Shown: piece after piece, positions 48,433-62,469 of the stretch
How the letters are laid out: every line of letters starts with the position of its first letter
Numbering within the stretch: position 1 is the stretch's first letter
DNA from: the human T2T-CHM13v2.0 reference genome, Homo sapiens
DNA: 64,000 bases
Assembly (NCBI RefSeq): GCF_009914755.1
Contig: NC_060926.1
Direction: 5' to 3' (one strand)
Made by a program: the position numbers and the translations under genes
Notes under the pieces: generated by a model
Database searches by the model: none
What the model saw: only the letters and a program-made list of their open reading frames with translations
What the model was told of the DNA's origin: nothing

Positions 48433-50659
48433 TCTATTCTAAAGTTTCTATTGAATAATTTTAACATCTAAGCCATCTTTGCCTCCAGCTCTATTGACTG
48501 TGTTTTCTTTTATGGTAGGTCACGTGTTCTTGCTTCCTTTGGGGCTTCATGATTTTTTAATTGAGTACTGGACATCTTGTGTAAAGAACAGAACAAGCTG
48601 AAATAAATATTATGCCCTCTCAGTAAAGGGCATATTTATTTTGTAAGGTTGTTAGTGTGGGGTAAGTCAATTTAGTCTACAGATTAGCTATGTATCAGTT
48701 CTATGATTGTCTTTGTTATATTTAGTTCACCAGAGGATTTACATTAGTGAGTGGAATTGGAATCATTGTTTAGCAAGTCCTGGTAGTTGAGTTTCTGAAT
48801 GGTTTGTCTTAGCTCCCCTGCACTCCTTTCAGACTTCCAGAGAACCCAGTCACCTGTGTTGGGGAGGGATGTGTCTGTCTGCTCCTCTGTCCCTAATTCA
48901 TTTGTACATGGTCACTGTCTTGCACTCAGATTAAGGGACCAAGCTGATTGTGAGGTTTCTCTCTTCAATCCTTCCACCAGTAGATCTCATTGCAGCTGAG
49001 TGAACCTCTATGGGAGACAGTTGGTGGGCAGGCGTAGATCTTCTTTGTGCCTTGGACTTAAAAGGATTTTTAAATGTCACACTAGCCCAAATCTACTTTT
49101 AAGAATAATTAATAGCTCAGCTGTTTTTGTTTTATCTACATCTATGGTAGCTTCCTCCTCCCAGTGATGTGCTAAAGATGAAAACAATAATTGTCTCTAA
49201 TCTCATAGATAGAGCTTATCATTTCTTTTTCATTTCAGTTCATTAGGTTTCTCCTATAACCTTGGTTTTCAGATGGACTTAAAACAATACTGTAATTCTA
49301 TATTTATATGTATGAATGTAGAGTATTCAGCTCATTGTTATTTTAAGAATGTTTTCTGTTGCAATTTCCTGCATCCTAAGGGAAATCTGAAGTTGCATTG
49401 ACATCTAATGTGAACACTTTTCCATGTTATTAAGTATTCTTCAAAAACATTTTATAAAAAAAGTCTGCTTATAATCATTCTATAATGTATATTAATTTGC
49501 TTAACAAATTCTCAATTTGTAGGCATTTAGATTGTCTAGGTTTTTGCCCTTATGAGAAAGATAAGTTTATATTTTTAAAGTCAGTTAAATATTCATGTGT
49601 TGCTTTGCCTCACTCCAAATTAATATATTCATATAAATTTAAATAATGAAACACTACACTTATCTATCAGATATGCAAATATCCAACTGTTTGACAGTAC
49701 TCTCGTATACCAGTGGTAGAAGATTAAATTGGCAATAACTGTAATTTAGCCCTTTAGAGGGCATTTGTCAATATCTCTCATATGTATTAGAGGCATGTAG
49801 CCCTTAATATGTCAAGCACACACAGGTTTGAGATTATTGATTGCATCGTTTTTTCTAATAGAAGAATTCTGGAAGCAACCTAAACAACCACAAATAGGAG
49901 ACTAACTAAATGGAATATGGTATGTCCATACAATGACCGTTAAGATTTATAAGATTTTCTTATGCTAACAGAAATTGATTTGCAACATTATTCAGTAAAA
50001 ACAAAAAAAAAAAAAGCAAATGTGGAGCACTGGGTATATAATTCTCCCATTTGTAGAAAGGTGAAAAGTATTGTTTCATATATATACATGTTATTTGTAC
50101 ATGTGTTTTATTCAAATATGAACACATATATGTGCCTGTATACAGAGAACATTTCAGGATACATGAAAAACTTAACAGCAATCAGTTACCTATATTAAAA
50201 AGGATTGAGTGCTTTTTTAGAGAAGATGTTTTATGCATAATTTCTTGTGCTGTATGAAATGTTGACTCAACATATAACTATGAAAAACACATTTCTGTTT
50301 CTTATACTTACTAACTGCATTTAAACTGAGGTATTTAATTAGCTTGGAATATATTTTGAAATGAAGTATAATGTGAGCTTTTAAAATAATTTATTTCTAG
50401 TTACTTAGTTGGGTTTCCAAAGGCTGTTTGATAAATTTCTTCCATTTTGTTACCTTTACTAAACACTATTGTTTGATTCGGGATGGTTATTTTTATTCCA
50501 CTAAAAAATAATGCTCATTTTTCTGCTAATTTCACAGCATTTAATTAATACAGCTTTGTAAATAGTAATTTTTGTGTAGGCTAGTGAGCCATATTTGTTC
50601 ATAAGTTTTTTACTTCACTTTTTTTTTTCTTTTTGTATTTATTCTCCTGATGAAATTTA

Positions 50660-50915
50660 AAATTTGATGACCACCTTAAGGTGTTTTTCTGGACCACTCA
50701 AATTAAACTTTTTGCTTTTTTTCCTCACACTACTGATTTCTTCTCCTTCATAAACTTATCCCGTTTTATACATATCTATTCGTGTGTTACTAAGGCCCAT
50801 GGATGTTTTGTTCATCTGTAAACATCATATCTAGCATAGCACTTCACACAGAGTTGTTCAATAAACATTTGAAAACTTTCTCAGTGAAAGAATGTATGAC
50901 TGAATGACTGAATAA
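50660..50915 (+). mobile_element. L2 3' fragment
   Basis: tgttttgttcatctgta...ctagcatagcactt...ttcaataaacattt...gaatgactgaat. Confidence 0.55.
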
Positions 50916-51107
50916 ATCATCAATCTCCAAAATATTCAACTAAATTTTATTTCTCCTGCTTTTCTCCACTCTCGATAGTAAATGACACAGGATATATTTT
51001 AATCTAAGACTAGATCCTTGAATCATTACATTATTAACATAATATAATAATGTTATATATACTAAAGCTGTGTTCTTTTTATGTATATTTTTCAAGGAAT
51101 ATTTTAA

Positions 51108-51586
<479 letters not shown>

Positions 51587-51608
51587 TAATCATTTTCTTT
51601 ATCTGATA

Positions 51609-51908
51609 ATTTTTTTTTTTTTTGAGACAGGGTCTTGCTCTGTTGCCCAAGCTGGAGTGCAGTGGCATGATCACTACTCACTGCAGCCTTGACTTCAGAG
51701 CTCAAGAGATGCTCTTACCTCAGCCTCTAACGTAGCTGGGACTATAGGCATGTGCCACTGCACTGGCCTAAATTTGTGTGTGTGTGTGTTTTTGTGGAGA
51801 CAGGATCTCCCTATGTTGTCTAGGCTCTTCTCAAACTCCTGGGCTCAGGTCATCCTTTCGCCCCACACACCCAAAGTACTGGATTACAGGCATGGGCCAC
51901 TGCACCTG
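51609..51908 (-). mobile_element. AluJ, antisense, linker converted to (TG)n
   Basis: J-type gagacagggtcttgctc...cactgcagccttgac; mid-linker tgtgtgtgtgtgtg. Confidence 0.88.
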
Positions 51909-54564
51909 ATCAGAAATTTTTTATATATTCTAAAATATGCCTCTATATTCTTCATACATAAATAACAGAAAGTTGTCTACAAATAGAGTTATCTGTTCAA
52001 ATCTATGTCCATTACAAAAACAAACAAACTTGAAACACCTTTCACTTAATATTCCACTGTTTCATAGTGTGTATCTTACTGAAGAACTCTGAGATCAGTT
52101 GTCTTTTTTCTTTATTCATTACTTTTTAATCTTTAAAATTCAAAAATTTATAAGGGCATATCCAGATGTCTTGAGCCTTTGGTTTTGTCATCTCAGATCT
52201 TACTTCACCTCAAAAACTTTTTCTTTCCTTTTAAATTTAATATTTATTTCTGTGCTATTTTGCTCTTTCCTCCTCTGAAACAGTTATGTTTCTTTGATCA
52301 TACCTCTTCCTTCATATTAATCCTTATCTAGGTCTTCATTTTCATCTCTTTGATTTTGCTCCTGTGTTATGGAAAAATTTCTCAAAATTTTCCCCATTAC
52401 ATTGATTGAATTTCATTTTTATATGTGCTCTTTTCTGTATCAAGTGCCATTTTAATTTTTCTGTTGAATTTTGCATTTTTTGCAGTCTATTTTAGTCTTC
52501 ACTGTTTTCGTTATTTTATTTCATTTTATTGTCTCCTTAATAACAGCTAATCCACTTTCATAGAAGCTTCTCTCCCTGAATCTTTTTGAGCACATCAAGA
52601 ATGTAGCTTGTATCTTTGTGACTTTTTCAGGTATTTTGGAATAAACTAATAAACTTGATCAGTTCTGTGCCTCATTCAGTCACTGTCCCTTACCATTGTT
52701 GAGCAGTGCCTCTTTATTCTACCTTGTCCACTTACTTCACTTGCATTGGGTCTTCATTGACTGAGGTCCACCATTTCCTTTCAATAAGATGAGTACATTT
52801 TTCTTATTGTGCCATCACTAAATACTTGGATCCTGTAATTTCTCCCATTGATTTTTCTTTTCCTTCTGAATTATATCTAAAATCTTGAATTACTGATACT
52901 GTGCAAAGTTGCTGAATAGAATTATGACTTCTATCCTATACCTTACAATCCTAACTTGTGTTTTCAGATACAATGTGTAAACTTCCTTTTGTATGGTACA
53001 AACCATGAAATATTACAGAGTTCCACCATCCCTTCTCTAAAGCATTGTTCCCTTAAAAACCTAACAACACATCCCTATCTTTTCCTTTTCTCTTGAGAGA
53101 CATGGTGTGTGCATAGGTATATAATGATGGGGTAGGGGTGTAGCAGAGGCAGGGCTGTGGCTTAGGCTGGTCCAGAAGATGTTTACACGGAATTGGTGAG
53201 CCCACCTAGTTTTGGTCAAAGCAAACTTAGACTGTGGAGTGAGTCCAAGCCTCTCTCTATTATTTGGGGAAACTATTTGTTCTTCTCTGACTCAGAGTTT
53301 GTCCTATGCAGTATGTCATCCAAAACTGTGATTCACGTTTGTTGCTCACAAAGATAACCACAATTGGAAATTCTGTACGAATTTCAGCATATCTTCTCCA
53401 ACTCCTCTTCCTCTTTGTCTTCTTCAAATTCTTGTTTTTCTTCAAATTCTTACTGTCTCTCTCTCATTATTAGTAATTAATGTTATTTTTTATTTTTTAA
53501 ATTATTTTAATTGAAGGTTGACAAGAAGCCTATCAAGAACATCTGGACCTGCACCATTTTTTTAACAAGGAAGCTTCCTTATTATACCTTACCTTTTTTC
53601 CTCCAGAACAAATATCATTGATTCTCTATAGTTCTTTCATTCATTCCTGTCTTTATTGTAAGGGATATGTCTGATCAAAATTATATTTATAGGACAGAGA
53701 TGATCCTTTAAACACTGACGTAACTAGTAAAGAACAGTTTTACTTTTATTTTTTATATTGGGAGCCAGATCATTAGAAATCCTACTCAGTGTGTGCTCCA
53801 GTGGTGAGTCAAGACGGTCCACATTTGGCTCATTGGTCAGGTGTTTATGCATCCCTGTTTCCCCTGGACCATCCCAGCTTATGCCATTATGTTGGCATAG
53901 TTATTAATGGTGCTTTCTTCACTCCCCAAAGCCCCCTGGCTTGCATGATAAATTTATCACGGTCGCTCTACTTAACACTATGAGATATGATTTAAATATG
54001 AGTCATATGCCCAAAGACCTTATTCATACTTTATTAATACCATGATATAATTTTAATGGAATTAAACTTGGACAAGTGTAAATTATACCTGATTAAATTT
54101 AACTGCAATTCAATTACTAATACCCTAATTATGCTTACATGACACTTGAATGGGTCAATGGGTCATGCTACCTACAAGGGTCAAAGCAGATTGCCAAATC
54201 CTAATTGGTGGGCTAGTGTTTTGTGTATGCTAGCTAATAATATGAAACTTTCATATTCATATGTTTGCTCTTTAATTCTAAAAACCTTAGATGGGCCCCA
54301 TTGGGTCAGAATTACATATCAGATGACTGAACTACAGTTGTCCCAGCATTAAAGTTCCCATACCTCCCCTGATAGTTCGCTTTGCTACCATGCAGAGACA
54401 GGGCCTTGCCAGAGCCTACCTATTGCAGGCCTACACTAAGAATTTATTATGGGGAAGAGTTGATCCCTCTCAAAACATATCACCCAACGTAGTGCTTGTA
54501 TAGAACTTTTAGATTAAGGTCAGGATAAATAATATCCCAAATAATCCAAACATGTAGAGTCAGC

Positions 54565-54745
54565 AGAAATGAATTCAATTCCCACTTTTGCTGATTATTA
54601 ACTTTTGTCCTTGGAGAAGTTATTTAACTTCACTCATCCTCAGTTTCTTTCTATAAAATGGTGAAAACACTAATATCTTGGGGTTGCTGACAGAATAAAA
54701 GAAAATAATAAAGGTAAATCACCTAATTAAATTGCTGGCACAATT
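54565..54745 (+). mobile_element. MIR
   Basis: gtccttggagaagttatttaacttcactcatcctcagtttctttctataaaatgg, the MIR core. Confidence 0.75.
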
Positions 54746-55419
54746 TCTTTATAAAATGTAAATGGTTCTCTTAAAGGAAAATTAAAGAAAGAAAAAAATA
54801 TTTACTACTTTTATTGGAAAGTTTTTATATTAATTAATGAACAAGAAAATAAACATGAGCCAAATCAATGTTGGTCTTTTATGTCAAAGAGAATAGTCTT
54901 CACCTAGCAAATGGTAGCACCAGCCAAAATAGAAAAGGGAGTGAATTCAAAATGTCTCATAGCCTAGAAAAGAAGCACATAGAATTTTGAAGTACCCTAA
55001 CTAGATCAATTTTATTTCAGGTTATCAAGAACACCTACAAATAATGGATTCCTAAGTGGACCTAATGTCGTATATCAACTTAACCTAAGAGGGAAGTCTT
55101 TAGCAGTAGAAGGGCTTTGTATATGTTAGGGGCTCTGTTTTGCTAAATATCTTTCATTGTAGACTAGGATAAGACATAGATTGCAAGTTGTGAAGAAAGC
55201 AACTGTACTAGAAGGCAAAAGCAAGCTGTAGTAATGGGGTGGCACTGTTTTCATTCACTTAGCACAAAATGAACAAACATGAGAGAATGTAGATGTAGCT
55301 TGTCAAGGACAAATGCAACAAAGGTTTTAATGGAGTGTAGTTATATGATTCAATAATATCATACTGCTGCTGAAAATCTAGTGAGTACTTACTGATATTT
55401 AATAAAAAATATCCATACC

Positions 55420-56770
55420 CATGCTTTCTATTGTTTATCCATTTGTCTTCCAGATTAAAAGTTTTGTATTTTGCTATTTACAATCTGCTGTTAAATCTAC
55501 CATTGATTTCTTAATTTCTGGTATTGTATTTCTCAAATTTTGAATATCTATTTCATTGTGATTTTGTCATTTTAATTTTCTCATGAAATTCTCTATCTTT
55601 TCATATGTTTTGTGTGTTATTTCTTATATTTTCTTAAATATATCAATTGTGATTATTTTAAAGTCCTTATCTGCTAATTTAAGTATCTACAACACCTGCT
55701 TCCTTGAAAAGTTTTTTTTTTTAGTATCAATGACAATATTCTGTCTCTTTGCATGCTTAGTACTTTTATAATTGAAAGTAAGCAGGGTGTATTCAAAAAC
55801 AAAGCTGCAGATTGTGACCTTCGTCAGAGATATTAAATCTTTCCTCTGCTGAGCAGATAGAATGGAGAGCAGAGAGGCACTGACCGCCTTAATTTATTTA
55901 TTTATTTTTTTGAGAATCCGTGAGATCCTTTTCTCCTCAACATGGAGTCTGCAGGAATCCCTGCTCTATTTTCTGAGGTTTTTCAGCTTGGCTATTTAGC
56001 CTCACACCATGCGAAGCTTCCGAATTTGGCAAATGCTTTGAGGGGGAGATTGGCTGTGTTTGAATATACTCAAGGCACCAATTTTATCACTCCAAGCCTG
56101 ATCAAATGCCAAAACCTTTGCTGGTTCATCTGTCTCCCATCTGCTAGGGCCAAGACAGATTTCTCAGCCTCCAGCTAAACCCAGATTATCAAGCCATTTC
56201 TAAAGACAAGCAGTTGTTGCACATTATTTTAGAGTCAGTATCCCTGTTATTTGAAGGCTTTCAACTGTTACCAGCCCTCCTCAGAGATACTTGTTTGTTA
56301 AGTAGCATGAAAATGTAGGCTATTCCACTTCACTTTTCTTGGGCTTTGTTTGGCCTTACGATTGTATCCTGCTATCCTGTGAAATTTTGGAATTTAGGAA
56401 ACATCTTAGACAGAAAATAGAATTTGAGATCCCTCGCTTCTTCAGTTTTGTTGCTCCAGTCCCATGGAATTGCCAAAGGTTCTGCTGTTTTTCTGTTTCC
56501 AGCAGCAGTGTTCTCCACGGACCAAGCCCAGATTCTCAGGCTCCACCTGCATCCAAAATTGACAAAGACCCCCAAGAACAGCCTCAAATCCTCAACTTAT
56601 ATTTGTAAGGTTCTCGTCTTTCTTGAATTGTACTGCTTCTGGGTCTCATTGGTTTGGCTATCTCTGATGCCTTACATATATTATCTCTGCAATTGATGTC
56701 ACTTTCTATTTGTCTTCCATGACAGCATTGGCCTGATGCTAATTACTAGCATCATCCCACTAGAAGAACT
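55420..56770 (-). mobile_element. Ancient L1M 5'/ORF1 remnant, antisense (hosts the cassette exon)
   Basis: aatctgctgttaaatctaccattgatttcttaatttctggtattgtattt; ttattttaaagtccttatctgctaatt; tctttgcatgcttag, resembling L1ME. Confidence 0.55.
56506..56604 (+). CDS. XIRP2: Probable alternative (cassette) in-frame XIRP2 exon, 99 bp (AVFSTDQAQILRLHLHPKLTKTPKNSLKSSTYI)
   Basis: Polypyrimidine tract ttctgctgtttttctgtttc followed by cag cag cag; donor ATTT|gtaagg at 56604/56605. Lengths of 96, 99 or 102 nt are all multiples of 3, phase 1/1 matching the 8020 donor, with no stops. Consistent with my recollection of a +33-aa XIRP2 isoform. Confidence 0.65.
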
Positions 56771-57789
56771 TAAGTAAGTTTCAGTCAAGTACAATACAGG
56801 TTGTAATAGGTGGAGGTATCTAGGCACTATCTATATCAGATTAGATAGGGAGTAAAATTTTCAATTTGAATGTACTAAGTTTTGTGATACAAGGGATCAC
56901 CTTATGAATCTTTCTGCCTTTATATCTGTCTGTCTGTCTATCATGCATCCATCCATCTACCCGTCATTCATCTGTCTTGCTTTCATAGTGGTTTCATAAT
57001 AATTGATTAAACTGTTATTAAATGAAGAATGAAATTTAGTGTCTAAAACCACTGTAATAATGAATGGTCAGAATCTAGGTCCTGATGTTTTCATTGTCTT
57101 CATGACTAAAATGAATGAACCAAATTACGTGATCACTAATTAATTTTATGACTGAACATTTTTGCTTGAACTTAGGTCAGTTAATTTATGTGTGCTCCTG
57201 TAGATTTAACATTTATTGCTCTTAATTATTACCAATTATTATACAGTGTTCCACCAAGGTTTCTTTTCCTGACCATTTTTTGTTGGTCTTAATGTATAAT
57301 CATTGGGTTTTTGTACTAATATATACATTAGAAAATTTATTATGAGAAAAAAGTGAAAAAATAATATTTAATGTATATGTATTTTTATCAAATACACTTT
57401 TTTCCTGAAAAATCAAAAACAGCAAGTTTGAAGAAAAGTTATCATGAGTGAAACTTAAAGAAACATATCAATAAAATGGAAAGAGTAAGCAGTGAGTTTT
57501 TAATAAGGAGAGAAAAGGTGGGGAAGCTAGAAGTCAGATCTTTGAGTAATTAACAACCTTTAAAAAGAGTAAAATCACCATAAGCATCATTAGCAACTAT
57601 ATGCAAATATAAGAATAAAATTGACTATGTTTACATTGTAGGATCTATCTCCTCATAATTTAAATTGAACTATTGTGATTTCAGATCCAGTACCATTTTC
57701 TTTTGCATATAGCAAACTAAAGTAATAATTATTTTCTATGTAAATGTTATGTTGGAGTAATAACAATGTAAGTATAATAATTAATTTAT

Positions 57790-58150
57790 CTATATTATCT
57801 CATTTCATCTTCATAACACCAATGGAAGGTTGGTCAGCTTAGTCCCATTTAGTCACAGATGAATAAAGTGAAGCTTAGACAACTTATGAAACTTGCCCAG
57901 GTCACAGAGTATATTACTGTCAAAGCTATGTTGAAATTCTGTGATTTAAATCAGTATTGTCCAATAGACCTTTCTGCAATGTTGGAAATGTTTTATATCT
58001 GCACTAATACATAGCTACTATCCACATGTGGAGACTGATTTACTTGAAATGTAGCCAAAGAACTGAATTTTTAATTTTACCTAATTTTGATCAATTAAAA
58101 TTTAAATGTCTACATGTGCTTAATAGCTATCATACTCAGAAGCACAACTC
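57790..58150. mobile_element. MIR (antisense) followed by MER3
   Basis: cccatttagtcacagatgaataaagtgaagc...aacttgcccaggtcacag; then tgtccaatagacctttctgcaatgttggaaatgtt. Confidence 0.7.
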
Positions 58151-59229
58151 TAAATAATTAGTCTATACTGGCTCCTGGCCCTGAACACTCTTGTGGAGTA
58201 TATAGAACACTATCTCAGAAAGTTGTTCTTAGAGTTAATATGCTGGAATATCACTCCTTGACCTACTTTTAACAGAAACCAATATTGTATATGGAAAAAT
58301 GTAATATACCTACTGATTTTATTAGTAAGTATTATAGTAAACAGCTTACAAATAGGCATTTTATATGAAATAGAGTATATAGGTCAGGTGTTTCTTTAAG
58401 CCAAAGGGCAATTTCCTTTCTTTATTTGAGTTTGTCGTTAGGCCACACCACATTAGGAAAATCACAGAAGGGAGGAAAGATAAAGGAAGCTGGTTATTTT
58501 CTATTTACTGAGAATGTATGAGATGTTGTCATTTTTGAGCTAAATGGCAATGCTCATTGGGTTCTGGGTCAGATTGGCAGCATGTGTTTGGTAAGTCCTG
58601 GCAGCAAAGGACATTTAATATGATTCTCTCAGGAGCACGTGAGGTGACTCCTTTTCCCTGCTTGCTCTTCCTCATGCTGAATGATTTAAAGCCAATATTA
58701 ATGAGCAGGACTCACACAGCAAGGGTGCTCTCTATTCTCTCTAGAATTCCTTTCCACCATTCTTCCTTGTTTGTTTTTTTTTTTTAACTAAACCAGCACA
58801 GCCTTTACTTAAGCCAACACTAGAGTAGTGTTTTGCTTTATATGTGAAGCCTTAAAAAACAAACTAATGTTTTACATATCTAAGAACATTTTGTCAAAGA
58901 AAAGCAATGTCTCCTCTTCCCAAGAATTCATGTTAATTATTGCACCAGAATAAATGGAAACTTTTTCCACCTGCTTTATTTTCATATTCTTGACTCTTAA
59001 AAGATTGAAAGTATTAAAACAAATGCAAGTAATTCCGGAACTTTAATCCATCCTTTTCCTCATCGGCACTGGTTCATTTGTAGCCTTTATACAGAAATTC
59101 AGAGTTGGCTGGTGGTCGTGGCTGTGGAAGGGAGTTTGATTGACTGCACATGTGTTAGAGCCATGCATACATTACTGAGGGCACTATGAGGCAGAGTGGC
59201 CTCAGAGACACTCTTCTTAAAAGAGTGGT

Positions 59230-59312
59230 TGACTCAGGCCCCACCTATACAGAGCTCAGTTCCTAAAAATAGGTGCCAAGTTGCATCCTTTAGACGCTCT
59301 GCTAAAATAAAT
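59230..59312 (+). promoter_or_regulatory. XIRP2: Internal muscle promoter of XIRP2 short isoforms (AP-1, MEF2, TATA-like)
   Basis: TGACTCA at 59230-59236, perfect MEF2 site CTAAAAATAG at 59263-59272, AT-rich TAAAATAAAT at 59303-59312, in non-repeat context. XIRP2/myomaxin is an established MEF2A target. Confidence 0.7.
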
Positions 59313-59334
59313 TCAGCCGTCCCATCTACTTGCT

Positions 59335-59495
59335 TGATAGACCCTTCAGTGGAGCGGGCCTCCACTGCACCCATTGCTTTCAGGGGACTGGGAAATTGGC
59401 TGTACATGAAACAAGGGAGGAAGCTAGTCTGTGAAGAACTATAAAGATATATGATATTTCCACAAACTTGGGGTTAAACCTAAATATCATAAAAG
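59335..59495 (+). other. XIRP2: Probable non-coding alternative first exon of XIRP2 (start approximate)
   Basis: Consensus donor AAG|GTAAGT at 59495/59496, downstream of the MEF2 and TATA-like elements. The 5' end is inferred about 30 nt after the TATA-like element. Confidence 0.65.
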
Positions 59496-61195
59496 GTAAG
59501 TGTAATATAGTCATTGACTATATGTCTGCTTCCTGGATTGTAAAATGTTCTCACTGGTTACTTAAGGTCAATGAAGACCATAGGTCAAATTGTAATCATT
59601 GTAAAAGAAAATATCCAGTTGGATTTTGCTTCTATGATAATATTTAGCATTGATTTAATAGGATAAAATTTAGAGCTTCATATGTTAGTGTCTTTGCAGA
59701 ATAGCATTTTTCATATTTAATATTGAAGAATAATGAGCCAAACTTGATAAACAGTCATGAGTTAAAATTATACTTCAACTTACAAATAAGAGGGAAAGCA
59801 CAGAAAAAAATTAGTTTGTCATTTATGAGCAGAAATGTAATGAATATATTTAAAACTATAAATTGTATTTCTTGGAATTTGTTGAGGGAAAGGAAGAGTT
59901 TACAACATTTTCAACTGTTACAGCTTGCTCAAAGAAATGCATGAAAATTATTCTTTTTCAGCCTTACTTTGCTTTTGTAGTTCTTGCTCCAGCCAGAGTC
60001 TCATCTCCTCTGGGAGTATTACTGGAATAAGACTAAAGAATCAGGTTCTTACATGTTTTGCAGAATTAAGAAAAGCACTGCCAGTTGGATCTGCCAGTCC
60101 TAATTATAGTAACTACAACCTTAAACAGAGAAGACTGAGATTTTACTTTAAAGATATCATGCCCTATATACTGTTTCAAATGGATTTTTCTTCTGTCTTC
60201 GATTGCCTGTGAACACCTTAATTTGGTCCTGTCGGGCCTTAAATGTTTAGATGTTAGAGACTGAAGTGATTTGGAAGAGACGTGATAACAGAATCTCTTA
60301 AGACACCAACTAAAAGCAAGGACACTTTAAGATTACATAATACAGGGTTTAAACTTAGCCAGCTGGTGCTGAACCAAAAGATATTTTATTTTTACCAGTG
60401 CTCTATTTGGTCACTGACAAGCTGTAGTTTGTTTGAATTATTTTAAAATTTTATGTACAGTGCACCAAAGGACAGGCAAAATATTTACCTTGGCGACATT
60501 CAGAGCCATGAATTTTAATATGAAAGAGCACCTGTTTTGAGTTTTAGAAGATAAAATTATTGAGTGGCAAAACTATTGGGTCAGAAATGAGAAAACTGAA
60601 TTCTATGCTTAAGTATTTCTCTGCTCCTCTGCCTAATCTTTGAGTATTTTTTCTTCTTGCTAGCAACATATAAACTAACAACTAGGTCCATTTCTAAAAG
60701 TCAGTCCGCATTTCAGATGCCTGCACTATGGCAAAGTGCCAACTGTTTGGGAAAAATGCAGTCTGGAGTTTGGACTAAACGTTTTTGCTTTCATCTGGTG
60801 TTGGGCATCTTTAAGATACAGCTTCCCTCAACCACCTGAAAAATAAAATGAGACATTCTTTAAAGATCTCAGAGGCTTCACTTGGGAAAATGTTCATGGA
60901 AAAATGTCAGTTTGGGCATCATTTCTTCTGTGATTACAGAGGAAGAGGAGAGTGTTGCCTTTCTTCAGCTTTAATTTGAGGTTAAAAGCCCACAAGGTTC
61001 ATTGATAATGTACTGTTGTTCACAGTTGATAGCTTCCCACTATTCTCAGTTCCAGCCTCTCCCTTTACCTTTACCATGTTTGAAAAACTTCTCCACCTTA
61101 GTATTCTTTTTACTTACTTGGTAAAATACTACTTATGATTAGGCAATGTGGAGTTGGGCACTCCTGGTAACTTCAATACTGGGAACCGATATATT

Positions 61196-61252
61196 TCTGT
61201 CTCTCTCTTTCTCTCTCTTGTGCTCTCTCTCTCACACACACACATACACACA
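61196..61252. repeat. Compound (TC)n(CA)n microsatellite
   Basis: tctctctc...cacacacacacatacaca. Confidence 0.85.
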
Positions 61253-61644
61253 ACTCTGGGTATTAAAAGAGACCATTTTTGTAAGACTTGTTTGATAGCC
61301 AGGAGTCATGTCTAGATTTATTAATTTATAGAACAGGGCAGACACTTAATAAGTGCCCAGCAGTGTAATTCCAAGATTTTTGATTGAACGATCTGTGAAG
61401 ACAGAACTTAATTGACATTATATTGTCTTTTTTATTTGTTTCCCACCTCCTCTTATGAAAGCATTGAAGTTACACTTTGAAATTTAATTAAATTGTAATG
61501 TGTTTCTTCCTGTTTCTGAAACAAACACTTGCTCATTCACATAACAGGTTCATCCCTCACAGAACGGTTACTTCACCTTTTCTAATTAATTAATGACTTT
61601 TTTAGAACACTGATTTATTCCATATAGGTGCATGTTGTTTATAT

Positions 61645-62469
61645 GACTGTGTGGCATGTTGTATTATCTGTTTTCTGACACTAATTCTGATATTAAGTGT
61701 TGTGTCTTTTCCAACACCAACCAATTCTCCAACTCTCTGACACCAACTGGCTGTCCTACAGTTCAATTCAGTTCGGACACTAGGTCCAGGACTCGGCAAA
61801 GACTCCACAGGTTGAAGGCTCAGTCCCATGAGGCTGTCCACTTCACAAGACAGCCACTAATGGAGTGCCCAGGCCACCAATCTTTCTGCCAACCTGACTA
61901 GTGATTAAGGGGTCCCCACAACTCCCTCCTCAGATGATTGGCTAGAATGGCTCACAGAACTCAGAAAAGTGTTCTATTTGTTATTACTCGTATATTATAG
62001 AGGGTATAATTCAGGAACAGACAGATGGAAGAGATGCATAGGGCAAGGTATGGCATTAAAGGGCAGAAGCACACAGCTTCCTTGCTTTCTTCTAACGAGC
62101 CATCCCCAGCACTTGGATGTGTTCACCAGTCTGGCAGCTCACCAAACCCTGTCCTTTAGGAGTTGTTATGGCGGCTTCATTACATAAGGCATGAGTGACT
62201 AAATCATTGACCATTGCTGATTGAACTCAATCTCCACCTCTCTGTTCTTTTCAGAGGCCAAACATGGGGTTGAATGTTCTAATCCTCTAATCACTTATTG
62301 TTTTTTCTGGCAACCAGCCCCTATCCTGAAGCTACTCCCCACCCCTACCCCCCACTCCTGACTGCCAAGAGTCATTCCATTAGCATAAAAAAGTCATTCT
62401 CGGGAGACTCCAGGGTTTCTATGCCAGGGACTGGGGACTAAGACCAAATATGTATTTCTTATTATAACA
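61645..62469. mobile_element. MER21-family solo LTR
   Basis: caacaccaaccaattctcc...gacaccaactggctgtcctacagttcaattcagttc...gactaagaccaaatatgtatttcttattataaca. Confidence 0.8.

Noticed and set aside
56339-56608. 89-aa ORF (…VLHGPSPDSQAPPASK…) as the cassette exon reading frame
   Set aside because: The phase-1 donor at 8020 selects the other frame (AVFSTDQ…); this frame is not reachable with the CAG acceptors.
59196-59444. 82-aa ORF over the promoter
   Set aside because: Begins at a GTG upstream of the inferred TSS; only the final ATG-initiated 12 codons are plausible as a uORF.
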